Assembly: GCA_050125095.1 (NCBI GenBank)
Contig: JASFEA010000029.1
Location: 1-24,899 of the forward strand
DNA length: 24,899 bases
DNA from: a bacterium
Lineage (GTDB): Bacteria; Arandabacterota; Arandabacteria; Arandabacterales; JALGWA01
Direction of reading: 5' to 3'
Shown here: in pieces, positions 1 through 8,132 of the stretch
Layout of the letters: the number at the start of each line of letters is the position of its first letter
How positions within the stretch are numbered: the first letter of the stretch is position 1
Program-made: the position numbers and the translations under genes
Notes under the pieces: generated by a model
Database searches by the model: none
Seen by the model: the letters and a program-made list of their open reading frames with translations, nothing else
What the model was told of the DNA's origin: nothing

Positions 1-872
1 CCCTTCTCGCGAAGGTTATCGACCACCTGTTTGGCCGTGCCCGTGGTCGAGCCCAGCGCGATGACGATGCGCTCCGCGTCATCGGTCCTGTACGCCTCGG
101 CCAGGTGGAATTCCCGCCCGCTTATCCTGGTGTACTCCTCGCCCACCTGCCTGATGACCTCATGGGCCCTCTGCATTGCCAGGATCTGAGGCACCTTGTG
201 TTCGAAGTAGTAGTCGTGGAAATCGAGCGGGCCGAAAGTTTTGGCGTGCTTAAGATCCAGGAGATTGTGCACGGGCTTGTGCTCGCCGACGAAGTCCTGG
301 ACGGCCTTGTCGGCCAGAACCTCCACCGGCTCGAGCGTATGGCTCAAGATGAAACCGTCCAGGCAGACCATGACAGGGAGCTTGACGTCGGCATGCTCGG
401 CGATGCGGACCGCCTGCACCACGTTGTCATAAGCCTCCTGCGAGGTCTCCGAGTGGAGCTGGATCCACCCCGAGTCGCGCGCGCCCATGGAGTCCGAATG
501 GTCGCAGTGGATGTTAATGGGACCGCTCAGCGCGCGGTTCACGACGGCCATCACAAGCGGGCACCGGGTGGAAGCCGCGATGTAGAGGATCTCCCACATG
601 AGGGCGAGCCCGTTCGCCGATGTCGCGGTCATCACCCTCGCGCCCGCGGCCGACGCTCCCACCGAAGCGCTCATTGCGCTGTGTTCGGACTCGACCAGCA
701 CGAACTCGGTCTTTACTCGCCCGTCGTAAACGTAGTCCGCGAATTTGTGCATTAGCTCCGTCTGGGGCGTGATGGGGTAGGCCGCAACGACGTCAGGGTT
801 GATCTGCCCCATCGCTGCTGCGACGGCATCGTTCCCCGTCAGAGCCATCATCGTTCTGCTCTCATTGATCAT
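1..872 (-). CDS. porA: Pyruvate/2-oxoacid:ferredoxin oxidoreductase alpha subunit (3' end runs off the window)
   Basis: Manual translation from ATG at 872 (SD AAGGAG overlapping the porD end): MINESRTMMALTGNDAVAAAMGQINPDVVAAYPITPQTE...VESEHSAMS...TATSANGLALMWE...NRALSGPINIHCDHSD. The YPITP motif is diagnostic of the family. Confidence 0.95.
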   Translation of the reverse strand, partial: MINESRTMMALTGNDAVAAAMGQINPDVVAAYPITPQTELMHKFADYVYDGRVKTEFVLVESEHSAMSASVGASAAGARVMTATSANGLALMWEILYIAASTRCPLVMAVVNRALSGPINIHCDHSDSMGARDSGWIQLHSETSQEAYDNVVQAVRIAEHADVKLPVMVCLDGFILSHTLEPVEVLADKAVQDFVGEHKPVHNLLDLKHAKTFGPLDFHDYYFEHKVPQILAMQRAHEVIRQVGEEYTRISGREFHLAEAYRTDDAERIVIALGSTTGTAKQVVDNLREK

Positions 873-876
873 TGCG

Positions 877-1179
877 CTACTCCTTATCCTCGATATCCGA
901 TTCTCTGACCATTTCGATGGCGTTCGCCTTCGGGGGACACACGGCGGCGCAGATGCCGCATCCCTTGCAGTGCTCGAGGTCGATGTCGACGACCTTGCCG
1001 TCTTCGACGACGATGGCCGAGTCGGGACAGTATATCCAGCACTGAAGGCAGTGGATGCATTTGTCATCGTCTCTTATCGGTCTGAAGGTGCGCCACGAGC
1101 CGGTCTCATAACAGGCCGCGTTCCCGGCGTCCTCAATCAGCCCACCGATCGCGAGATCTTTCCAGCCCTTCTCTTTCAT
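877..1179 (-). CDS. porD: 2-oxoacid:ferredoxin oxidoreductase delta subunit (2x[4Fe-4S])
   Basis: TGSWRTFRP plus CIHCLQCWIYCP and CKGCGICAAVCP; lies between the gamma and alpha subunit genes. Confidence 0.95.
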   Translation of the reverse strand: MKEKGWKDLAIGGLIEDAGNAACYETGSWRTFRPIRDDDKCIHCLQCWIYCPDSAIVVEDGKVVDIDLEHCKGCGICAAVCPPKANAIEMVRESDIEDKE

Positions 1180-1751
1180 TTTGCTTCCTTTACCTCCTCG
1201 TAGGCACGCTTGAGAGCCTTGACATTGCCCGCCACCATCTTGTCGGAGAGCTTGCCTTTGAACTTCTTGGTGAGGATGGCGGACATCTTGTCGATCTCCG
1301 CGAGGTCGGTCACCTTGAGCAGCGCTCCGATCATCGGCGTATTAGGAATGGGCCTCCCCATCTCCTCCAGCGCGATCCCGGTCGCGTCCACCGTGAAGAC
1401 CCTGTTGCCGTCCACGCCCAGCTCCGCCTTGATCGCCTCCGGGCTCTCATGCGAGTTTACGATAAGCACGCTATCGGGTTTCAGTCCTGCCGTGATCGAG
1501 CCCGTCGCGATAAGCGTCGGGTCGAGAACAATCACTATGTCCGGCGCCTGAACGCCCGAGTGAACGCGGACCGGTTCATCGCTTATCCTGTTGTAGCCCC
1601 TTATCGGGGCGCCCATTCTCTCGGGGCCGTAGTCCGGAAAGCCCTGGGCGAACTTGCCCTGCTGGATCATCGATTCAGCGAGCATGAACGCGCCCGTCTT
1701 GGCACCCTGGCCGCCCCGGCCGTGCCATCTAATTTCCAGAGTGTTACCCAT
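1176..1751 (-). CDS. porC: 2-oxoacid:ferredoxin oxidoreductase gamma subunit
   Basis: EIRWHGRGGQGAKT, YGPERMGAP and PNTPMIGA motifs; SD AGGAGG; ATGA overlap with porD. Confidence 0.95.
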   Translation of the reverse strand: MGNTLEIRWHGRGGQGAKTGAFMLAESMIQQGKFAQGFPDYGPERMGAPIRGYNRISDEPVRVHSGVQAPDIVIVLDPTLIATGSITAGLKPDSVLIVNSHESPEAIKAELGVDGNRVFTVDATGIALEEMGRPIPNTPMIGALLKVTDLAEIDKMSAILTKKFKGKLSDKMVAGNVKALKRAYEEVKEAK

Positions 1752-1769
1752 AATCCCCTCCTGACGCTT

Positions 1770-2372
1770 CTACTTGACTTTGGACCTTCCCTGGATCGCT
1801 CTCGCGAGCGTCACCTGGTCGGCGAGGTCGAGGTCGCTCCCCATGGGAACGCCCCTAGCTATCGTCGACGCTTCAACGCCTATCTCGTTCAGCACGCCCG
1901 CAACGTAATTGCATGTCGCCTCACCCTCGACATTTGGATTGGTGGCGATTATGACCTCGGTGACGCCGAGCCTCTTCACCCGCTCGACGAGCTTGTCCAC
2001 CGTCAGGTCCTCGGGACCAATACCGTCCAGGGGAGACAGGCGGCCGTGCAGAACATGATAGAGCCCGCGATACTCTCCGGTTTTTTCTATCGCCATGACG
2101 TTGCCCGGCTCTTCGACAACGCAGATTACATGCCTGTCGCGCCGCTCACTGGTGCAGATGGCGCAACGGTCTTGCTCGGTGAGCGCGCCGCACTCCGAGC
2201 AGTGCCTGACCCTCTTTCTCATGTCGACTATGGCGTCGGCAAGCGCGTTGACTTCGTCGAGCGGGGTCTTGACAAGGTGAAGCGCCAGCCGCTGGGCGGT
2301 CTTCCTCCCTATCGTGGGGAGCTTGGTAAGCTCTTCAATAGCGCGCTCTATTCTATCGGAACTGCCCTGCAA
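1770..2372 (-). CDS. recR: Recombination mediator RecR
   Basis: LPTIGRKTAQRLA helix-hairpin-helix, C4 zinc finger, Toprim motifs CVVEEP, YHVLHGRLSPLDGIGP and ATNPNVEGEAT; TTG start with AGGAGG. Confidence 0.97.
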   Translation of the reverse strand: MQGSSDRIERAIEELTKLPTIGRKTAQRLALHLVKTPLDEVNALADAIVDMRKRVRHCSECGALTEQDRCAICTSERRDRHVICVVEEPGNVMAIEKTGEYRGLYHVLHGRLSPLDGIGPEDLTVDKLVERVKRLGVTEVIIATNPNVEGEATCNYVAGVLNEIGVEASTIARGVPMGSDLDLADQVTLARAIQGRSKVK

Positions 2373-2381
2373 GTCGTCCTC

Positions 2382-2696
2382 CTAGAAGAGACCCGGCACG
2401 CCCAGGCCGCCAGTGAGCTTCGAGATCTCGCCGGCCATGAGATCCTGGGATCTCTTTCTGGCCTCGTTCACGGCGGCGACTATGAGGTCCTCGAGCATCT
2501 CCACGTCGTCCTTGCTCACGACCTCCGGGTCTATCTTGATGCTCAGTATGTCCTGCTTCCCGTTCGCCACGACCGTCACCATTCCCCCGCCCGCTGACGC
2601 CTCCACGGTCCTGTCAGCCATCTCTTCCTGCATCTTCTGGATCCGGTCCTGCAGCTTCTGCGCCTGGCGCATGAAATCTCCCATTCCCTTTCCCAA
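2382..2696 (-). CDS. ybaB: YbaB/EbfC nucleoid-associated protein
   Basis: MRQAQKLQ...AGGGMVTV...DVEMLEDLIVAAVNEA; sits between dnaX and recR. Start uncertain (TTG 2696 has a GGGGG SD; GTG 2705 is an alternative). Confidence 0.95.
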   Translation of the reverse strand: MGKGMGDFMRQAQKLQDRIQKMQEEMADRTVEASAGGGMVTVVANGKQDILSIKIDPEVVSKDDVEMLEDLIVAAVNEARKRSQDLMAGEISKLTGGLGVPGLF

Positions 2697-2720
2697 TGAA
2701 TTCACCCCCTGTGAGGATAT

Positions 2721-4424
2721 TTACTGAGACTCCCCGTCCTTAGGCTGCCTGATACCGCGCACCCTGCCGCCGAGTTTATCTATAATGGCCCTTACAACGG
2801 GTTCTCGCGCAGCGATCTCGTTATAGTCCCGGGCCCCGGCGCCGCGGCTTCGGCCCAGTTTCACTTTGGTCTTTATCACTACCGATGTATTGGTAAGCTT
2901 CTCCACCGCGTCTGTCAATATCTGCAGATTCTTGCCTTTGCGCACCTGGTCTTCGTGGAATTTGTTGTCGAATTCGAGCATGAGCACGCCGGATTCCGGG
3001 CTCGAGAGCTCGCCGAGCTCCAGCACCGAAGCCAGCGACGCCTTCGTGTTCCTCAAGCTCTCGACCACGTTCTTCCAGGCCCCCGCCACCCCGCCTGCCG
3101 CCTTCGGGCGGTTTCGGGCCGCATCGGGAGCGGCCGTCTCGGCAGGGCTGGCCGACCCGCCAGGCTTCCGGCCCCGCTTCGCCGGCGCCTTAGGCGGCGG
3201 GGAAGCCTCATCCGGCGTATGCGCCCCGGCCGGCGAGGGTCCGGAAGTCGCCCGGAGACCCGGTCCGCCGCCGGTCTTCATCTTCTCAACCGTTGCGATT
3301 ACGTCCTTGATATTCACGAGCGAACCGGTACTCGCCATGCGTAGCAGAACCGCCTCCAGGATGTATCGCTTATGCGTCGCGCGCCTTATCGACGTTTCGC
3401 TCTTGGTGAGCATGGTCAGCATGGTAAGCAGGTGTTCGGTCGACAGTTTTGACGCCGACTTGACGGTCGCCTCGCGCACCTTATCGACAAGCGACATGAG
3501 CTCGCGCGACTCGGGGTCTATGGACGCGACGAGCATGAATCTCACCTGCTCCATCACGGCCGAGGCCAGGTCGCCGGGATCTATCCCGCCGTCCATGGCT
3601 TCCCCCACACGCTCCATTACCGCGCGCCTGTCGCCGGCGGCTATGGCGTCAACCAGCTTCACGACCATTTCGCTCCCCCTGAGTCCGACTATGGGAGCTA
3701 TCTCGGCCTCGGTCGCCTTGCCTCCGCTGAACGCAAGAACCTGCTCGAGCAGGCTCTCGGCGTCTCGCATGCTTCCCTCCGCGCGCCTTGAGATAACCTG
3801 CAGCGCGCTCTCCTCGCATGCATAACCGTCGGTCTTGCAGATGTCTCTCAGGCGGGCCGATATCTCGGCCGAGCCTATGCGCCTGAAGTCGAACCTCTGG
3901 CAGCGCGAGACTATGGTGTCGGGCACCTTGAGCGGCTGGGTGGTCGCGAATACGAAAACGACATGAGGAGGCGGCTCTTCCAGGGTCTTCAAGAGCGCGT
4001 TGAACGCCTCCTGGGTGAGCATATGCACCTCGTCTATGATGTAGACCTTCTTCTTCCCGCCCACCGGCGCGTAACGCACGCTCTCCCTGAGGTTCCTGAT
4101 CTCGTCGATGCCGCGGTTGGACGCGCCGTCGATCTCGATAACATCCATGCTGGTGCCATGGCCGATTTCCATGCAGGCCGGGCACTTGCCGCAGGGCTCA
4201 AGCGTGGGCGCTTTCTCGCAGTTGAGGGCTTTGGCGAGAATCCGCGCGACCGTTGTTTTGCCGACGCCCCTGGGGCCGGTGAAAAGGTACGCATGCGCCA
4301 CGCGGTCGCCCTTTATGGCGTTCTTCAGTGTCCGCGTCACGTGTTCCTGCCCGATCACTCCATCGAACGTGCTCGGACGCCACTTCCTTGCGATTACCAG
4401 GTAGGATTCTTCGCTCTCAGGCAA
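2721..4424 (-). CDS. dnaX: DNA polymerase III subunit gamma/tau
   Basis: YLVIARKWRP, GPRGVGKTT, IDEVHML, SRCQRF. Start reassigned to TTG 4424 (GGAG 7 nt upstream) because the ORF-track extension to 4601 runs into the SRP RNA. Confidence 0.96.
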   Translation of the reverse strand: MPESEESYLVIARKWRPSTFDGVIGQEHVTRTLKNAIKGDRVAHAYLFTGPRGVGKTTVARILAKALNCEKAPTLEPCGKCPACMEIGHGTSMDVIEIDGASNRGIDEIRNLRESVRYAPVGGKKKVYIIDEVHMLTQEAFNALLKTLEEPPPHVVFVFATTQPLKVPDTIVSRCQRFDFRRIGSAEISARLRDICKTDGYACEESALQVISRRAEGSMRDAESLLEQVLAFSGGKATEAEIAPIVGLRGSEMVVKLVDAIAAGDRRAVMERVGEAMDGGIDPGDLASAVMEQVRFMLVASIDPESRELMSLVDKVREATVKSASKLSTEHLLTMLTMLTKSETSIRRATHKRYILEAVLLRMASTGSLVNIKDVIATVEKMKTGGGPGLRATSGPSPAGAHTPDEASPPPKAPAKRGRKPGGSASPAETAAPDAARNRPKAAGGVAGAWKNVVESLRNTKASLASVLELGELSSPESGVLMLEFDNKFHEDQVRKGKNLQILTDAVEKLTNTSVVIKTKVKLGRSRGAGARDYNEIAAREPVVRAIIDKLGGRVRGIRQPKDGESQ

Positions 4425-4468
4425 CTCGCGACTCCGTTGAATGCGGGCTCCTATGACTCCTTTGAGAA

Positions 4469-4746
4469 CCCAGGCCGCGCACCCTCCGTCGACCCAGCTC
4501 CCCGGGCGCCTGCCGAGCAGCCAGCTCCAACCAGGTGCCCCTGCGGCACATGAAGGTCCCTGCTTACCGCTGCTACCTTCCGGTCCTGACGGGATTCGCA
4601 AGTTTTCATTGCGCAGGACCTGACTTTCAACACCGCTTACTCAGCCGCTTTCCCAAAAAGACAGGACCTCAGAAGGGAGTTCAATCCCGCTATAGCGGGT
4701 TGCGGGTTACAGGGCACCGCTACCTCCCCATCTAGCACGACCTGGG
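4469..4746 (-). ncRNA. ffs: Large bacterial SRP RNA (Alu + S domain, B. subtilis scRNA type)
   Basis: Minus strand begins GTCGTGCTAGATGGGGAGGTAGCGGTGCCCTGTAACCCGCAACCCGCTATAGCGGG (Alu domain) and contains helix 8 GTCAGGACCGGAAGGTAGCAGC; the ends pair (CCCAGGTCGTGC/GCGCGGCCTGGG); lies upstream of dnaX. Confidence 0.95.
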
Positions 4747-4780
4747 ATCCGGCCTCCCCTCACAGGGAAGCCACGCCAGC

Positions 4781-4809
4781 AACTTACCACCAAAACGCGC
4801 CGTGGTCAA
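4781..4809 (-). promoter_or_regulatory. Sigma70-type promoter for ffs-dnaX
   Basis: TTGACC-17 nt-TAAGTT with extended -10 TG. Confidence 0.7.
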
Positions 4810-4814
4810 GCTCT

Positions 4815-4849
4815 GGGGTCAGGTCAGGGGTCAGGTCTTGAAATGCACA
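4815..4849. repeat. GGGGTCAG REP-like repeat, copy 1
   Basis: GGGGTCAGGTCA GGGGTCAGGTCTTGAAATGCACA; 4825-4849 matches the reverse complement of 8693-8717 at 24/25. Confidence 0.7.
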
Positions 4850-4875
4850 ATCCGGCGCCCCGCAGGGCCCGGAGC

Positions 4876-5652
4876 TCACTTCCCCTCATAGTACCCGAGC
4901 GCCTCCGGCATGAGTCTCTCGAGGTCGTCTATGCGGGTCTGGCTGCTGGGGTGGGTGGAAAGCCACTCCGGGGGCTCCTGGCCGGCGTAATGCTCCTGCA
5001 TCTTCTTCCAGAATCGCACCGCGGCCCGGGGGTCATAGCCGGCTTTGGCCATATAGACAAGGCCTATATGGTCGGCTTCGCTTTCATGCTTGCGGCTGTA
5101 GGGCAGGATATAGGCCAGGGTGGCCCCCACACCGTAGGCCACCTGGGCCATTACCATGGTCTCTTCCCGGTTGTTCTTGAGGGCCTCGCTGAGCGCAATG
5201 CCTCCGAGCTGGTACATCAGGAGCTGGGTCATCCGCTCACCGCCGTGCCGCGCCGTGGCATGTGCGATCTCATGGGCCATTACGGTCGCTATTTCATTCT
5301 CGTCCCCGGCTAGCTCCATTATGCCCGTGTAGAAAGCGACCTTTCCGCCCGGCAGGCAGAACGCGTTCACTATGCTGTCATTCTCGATGAGGTTGAACTC
5401 CCAGTCGTAGTCATCTTCACCCGTAACATCGGCTATTCTCCGGCCGATGGTGCGAAGCTGCGCGACCGCTTCCCCGTCATCCGAGAGAGTGGAAGTCTCG
5501 AGGATCTCGGCATAGCCATCGGCACCCAGCTGCATCTCCTGGGCCTCGGTGACGAGCAGGAACTGCCTGCGCCCGGTGACGGGCGCCTTCGCGCATGCCA
5601 GGACAACGCAGGCGACGACGATCAGCCAGGCCGACAATCGCAACAGGCGCAT
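4876..5652 (-). CDS. M48 family zinc metallopeptidase lipoprotein (LoiP/YggG-like)
   Basis: Lipobox VLAC then PVTGRRQ, NAFCLPGGK, AHEIAHA (HEXXH), YSRKHESEAD, WLSTHP; ATG 5652 after GGAGGAGG. Confidence 0.92.
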   Translation of the reverse strand: MRLLRLSAWLIVVACVVLACAKAPVTGRRQFLLVTEAQEMQLGADGYAEILETSTLSDDGEAVAQLRTIGRRIADVTGEDDYDWEFNLIENDSIVNAFCLPGGKVAFYTGIMELAGDENEIATVMAHEIAHATARHGGERMTQLLMYQLGGIALSEALKNNREETMVMAQVAYGVGATLAYILPYSRKHESEADHIGLVYMAKAGYDPRAAVRFWKKMQEHYAGQEPPEWLSTHPSSQTRIDDLERLMPEALGYYEGK

Positions 5653-5866
5653 ACGCCCATTACCTCCTCCCTTTCTCCTATCACAAATATGTTCACACCC
5701 GCCGGTGCCTGCCGTCAAGTGCATTCGGGAATCCCCGCGCCGTTCGAAAACGATTGAACTCTCCGGCGATAATTGGTACCGGTTGGAAGGAACATGAGCT
5801 GAGGAGTCACCCAGACAGTATCGCGAATAGAAAAAAGTCCTCTCCCAACCCGGAAGGAGACCCGCG

Positions 5867-6397
5867 ATGGCAATTTCCTTCATGTGTCCAGCCTGCGGCG
5901 CGGAACTCGTGCTGAGCGCGGCAAGGCCGGGCCACAGCGCAACGTGCACATCCTGTGGCGCCGGAATCACGGTTCCCGCGGACGCGCGCCAGCTCACGCC
6001 CGGGGAGGCAAGGAAAGCCATTGGCAGACAGGCGCCCATGGACGATGAGGAATACCCACCTGAGATCCTGAGCTGCCGCTTCAACTTCGGTGCCTTCCTG
6101 ATGACTCCCATATGGCTGCTCCTGCACAGACGGTACCTGGCTGGAGGGCTTCTCATTCTGCTCCATGCGGTGACCAACATCGTGGGAGGCATGGTGCCTC
6201 TACTAGGTCTTCTGAGAGCTGCTCTGTCCATCGCCGTGTCCGTCTACTTCGGTATCAAGGGCTACAGGATAGCATGGCGGGACCGCGGTTATTACGACGC
6301 CGTGGAGGACGTCAGACGGCGGGAGCGCAGGTGGGCCATACTGGGAATAGTGATAGCCGCCGTTTTCTGGACGATTCAGATTCTTGTAGCCGTCTGA
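5867..6397 (+). CDS. Membrane protein with N-terminal zinc ribbon (DUF2628-like membrane domain)
   Basis: SD AAGGAG; CPAC...CTSC; FNFGAFLMTPIW followed by hydrophobic helices and AWR...RRWAILG. Confidence 0.75.
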   Translation: MAISFMCPACGAELVLSAARPGHSATCTSCGAGITVPADARQLTPGEARKAIGRQAPMDDEEYPPEILSCRFNFGAFLMTPIWLLLHRRYLAGGLLILLHAVTNIVGGMVPLLGLLRAALSIAVSVYFGIKGYRIAWRDRGYYDAVEDVRRRERRWAILGIVIAAVFWTIQILVAV

Positions 6398-6422
6398 GCC
6401 GGGCCGCCGGCATCGGGGCTTG

Positions 6423-6454
6423 ATAAAGAGAACTGCGGGCCCGCAGGCCCGCAG
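6423..6454 (-). terminator. Intrinsic terminator downstream of tRNA-Ala
   Basis: 9-bp stem CTGCGGGCC-loop 4-GGCCCGCAG (6433-6454) followed on the minus strand by TTCTCTTTAT. Confidence 0.65.
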
Positions 6455-6460
6455 CGTCTA

Positions 6461-6536
6461 TGGTGGAGATGAGCGGATTCGAACCGCCGGCCTCTGCCTT
6501 GCGAAGGCAGCGCTCTCCCAGCTGAGCTACATCCCC
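6461..6536 (-). tRNA. tRNA-Ala(CGC)
   Basis: GGGGATGTAGCTCAGCTGGGAGAGCG CTGCC-TT-CGC-AA-GGCAG...GGTTCGAATCC...CCA; G3:U70 identity pair; 76 nt. Confidence 0.97.
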
Positions 6537-6898
6537 TTTTCCACTTTTATAATTCCCGGGGAACTCGTCCCCTTCAACACGGTAACGTCGGACAACATCC
6601 TCCCGACGATATTCACCGGGCTCGCCGGTATTATGGCCTCCCCCTTGCTGGCCGGCGTCGGACCGTAAAAAAGGCAGAGGGCGTTGCCGGGCGGCCAGTA
6701 GCCGACATCGCCGATATCCACCTGGCTCTTAGCGTCTTCTGGCTCTGCGCCGACCGGTATCCTGAAGTAGATCTCGTCACCCCAGGTCTGCCCCGCCCCT
6801 TCGAAAGGCAATGCCTCCCAGATGGCCGCAGCCGTATCCGAGTCGTTGAGCTCGGCATCGAGCCGGTGCTCGCCGACCTGGATGACTATCTTCTTCAT
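6527..6898 (-). CDS. Cyclophilin-like fold protein (TM1367/DUF369-like)
   Basis: TAAAIWEALP...WGDEIYF...GDVGYWPPGNALCLFYGPTP...PASPVNIVG. Start at ATG 6898 or 6904. Confidence 0.88.
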   Translation of the reverse strand: MKKIVIQVGEHRLDAELNDSDTAAAIWEALPFEGAGQTWGDEIYFRIPVGAEPEDAKSQVDIGDVGYWPPGNALCLFYGPTPASKGEAIIPASPVNIVGRMLSDVTVLKGTSSPGIIKVEKGM

Positions 6899-6944
6899 AT
6901 GCATACTTCTATATGAATGGGAACGCAAAGTCAAGCCCGGTGAC

Positions 6945-7430
6945 TTAAGAGCGGCGGCTTCGACTCCGCGCGCGGCGGAGCGCTATGCCGTTGGCCAGAT
7001 AAACCAGAAGGACGACGACGGCGGCTGATGCGATAACTGTCGGCCGCGGCCCCGCCATACTCCTGACCGCGAGGTCGCGCACCCCGCCTGCAAGGCCTGC
7101 AAGCCCCACCGCCAGGGATCCGATACCGACGAACACCACGAGTGCTATGGTCGGAAGTAGCACGCCGCATATGGCGATAACCCAGTCCTCTAGCGCCGAC
7201 TCCTTCGTGGGGCTCCGCCACGCCTCAATGCGGCTCATGACTCTGTGGGGGAGATCACGGATCTCAGGTATGGCCCGGCCGTCACCCAGCCCCGCGTAGA
7301 GATCCCGGTACTCCTCAAAGCGCGCGCGGCAATCCGCGCACTCCGCGAGGTGGCTTTCCAGAACCCGCGCTTCGGCTCCGGAGATGCCGTCCAGATACTC
7401 CTGTATGTCGTCGGCGCTCGGGTGCTTCAA
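6945..7430 (-). CDS. Zinc-binding membrane anti-sigma factor (ZAS/zf-HC2)
   Basis: H...EYLDG...HLAECADC (HxxxCxxC) then hydrophobic helices; 4-nt overlap with the ECF sigma gene. Confidence 0.88.
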   Translation of the reverse strand: MKHPSADDIQEYLDGISGAEARVLESHLAECADCRARFEEYRDLYAGLGDGRAIPEIRDLPHRVMSRIEAWRSPTKESALEDWVIAICGVLLPTIALVVFVGIGSLAVGLAGLAGGVRDLAVRSMAGPRPTVIASAAVVVLLVYLANGIALRRARSRSRRS

Positions 7431-7999
7431 TCCTCCAGATCCCCCCTTGAATAAGTCGAAGCCAGCCTTCCGCGCAACTGCTTCCTCGCGCGGAAGAGGT
7501 AGGATTTAACTGTTCCACCAGGGAGTCCCATGGCCTCCCCTATCTCATCATAAGTCATTCCCTCGAGGTGGAACAGGGTTAGCGCGGTTCTGTAGTTGAC
7601 CGGCAGAGCGCCGATCTCGCGCTCCAGTATCTCAGCGACGCCGGCCCTGTGGGCGGCCGCATCCGGCGCGGGCGTCGATGACGGGAACGAGTCCACCCCG
7701 CCCATCTCCGGCAGATCATCATCGAGAAGCGACGGGCGTTTCTTCTCCATGAAGTTCAGGCATGTCGTGTATGCTATTCGGGCGATCCACGTGGACATCC
7801 TGGACCTGAACTCGAACCCATGTAGGTTCTCATACACCTTCAGGAACACGTCCTGGGCCACATCCTCCCTGTCTGACTCGCTCCGCACCATTCTCGATAC
7901 AATATGAGTGACCATGCGGCCGTACTCCTCGATAATTACGCCGAAAGCGGCCCTGTCGCCTCCCAGTACCCTCCGTACAAGCGACCTTTCATTCTCCAA
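7427..7999 (-). CDS. ECF RNA polymerase sigma factor (SigW/RpoE-like)
   Basis: Region 2 EDVAQDVFLKVY...STWIARIA; region 4 YDEIGEAMGLPGGTVKSYLFRAR; TTG start. Confidence 0.93.
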   Translation of the reverse strand: MENERSLVRRVLGGDRAAFGVIIEEYGRMVTHIVSRMVRSESDREDVAQDVFLKVYENLHGFEFRSRMSTWIARIAYTTCLNFMEKKRPSLLDDDLPEMGGVDSFPSSTPAPDAAAHRAGVAEILEREIGALPVNYRTALTLFHLEGMTYDEIGEAMGLPGGTVKSYLFRARKQLRGRLASTYSRGDLED

Positions 8000-8029
8000 T
8001 TGAGTATCCCATTCGCCCTCATCAAGCTA

Positions 8030-8077
8030 GACAGGCCTTGTGCCGGAATGTTGCAACAATACGGCCCCTGGCCTGTC
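8030..8077. promoter_or_regulatory. Palindromic back-to-back ECF-type promoter pair
   Basis: Both strands read TGCAACA-11 nt-GGCCTGTC from the shared centre TGTTGCAACA. Confidence 0.6.
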
Positions 8078-8132
8078 AGATGATAGCGGGAATCAGAACA
8101 GGTGTCGAGATCAGTCGCATAAGGAGGAAGGC

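Noticed and set aside
2721..4424. Programmed frameshift or slippage site giving the DnaX gamma form
   Set aside because: No AAAAAAG or long A-run was seen on the coding strand.
4425..4601. N-terminal extension of DnaX in the ORF track
   Set aside because: Overlaps the SRP RNA; homology starts at YLVIARKWRP and a TTG with SD exists at 4424.
5653..6231. 451-aa version of the M48 peptidase
   Set aside because: The extension is antisense to the 5867-6397 gene; the lipoprotein signal and SD fit ATG 5652.
7989..8012. 7-codon uORF (MGYSIGE) overlapping the ECF sigma TTG start
   Set aside because: Too short to distinguish from chance without conservation or ribosome profiling data.
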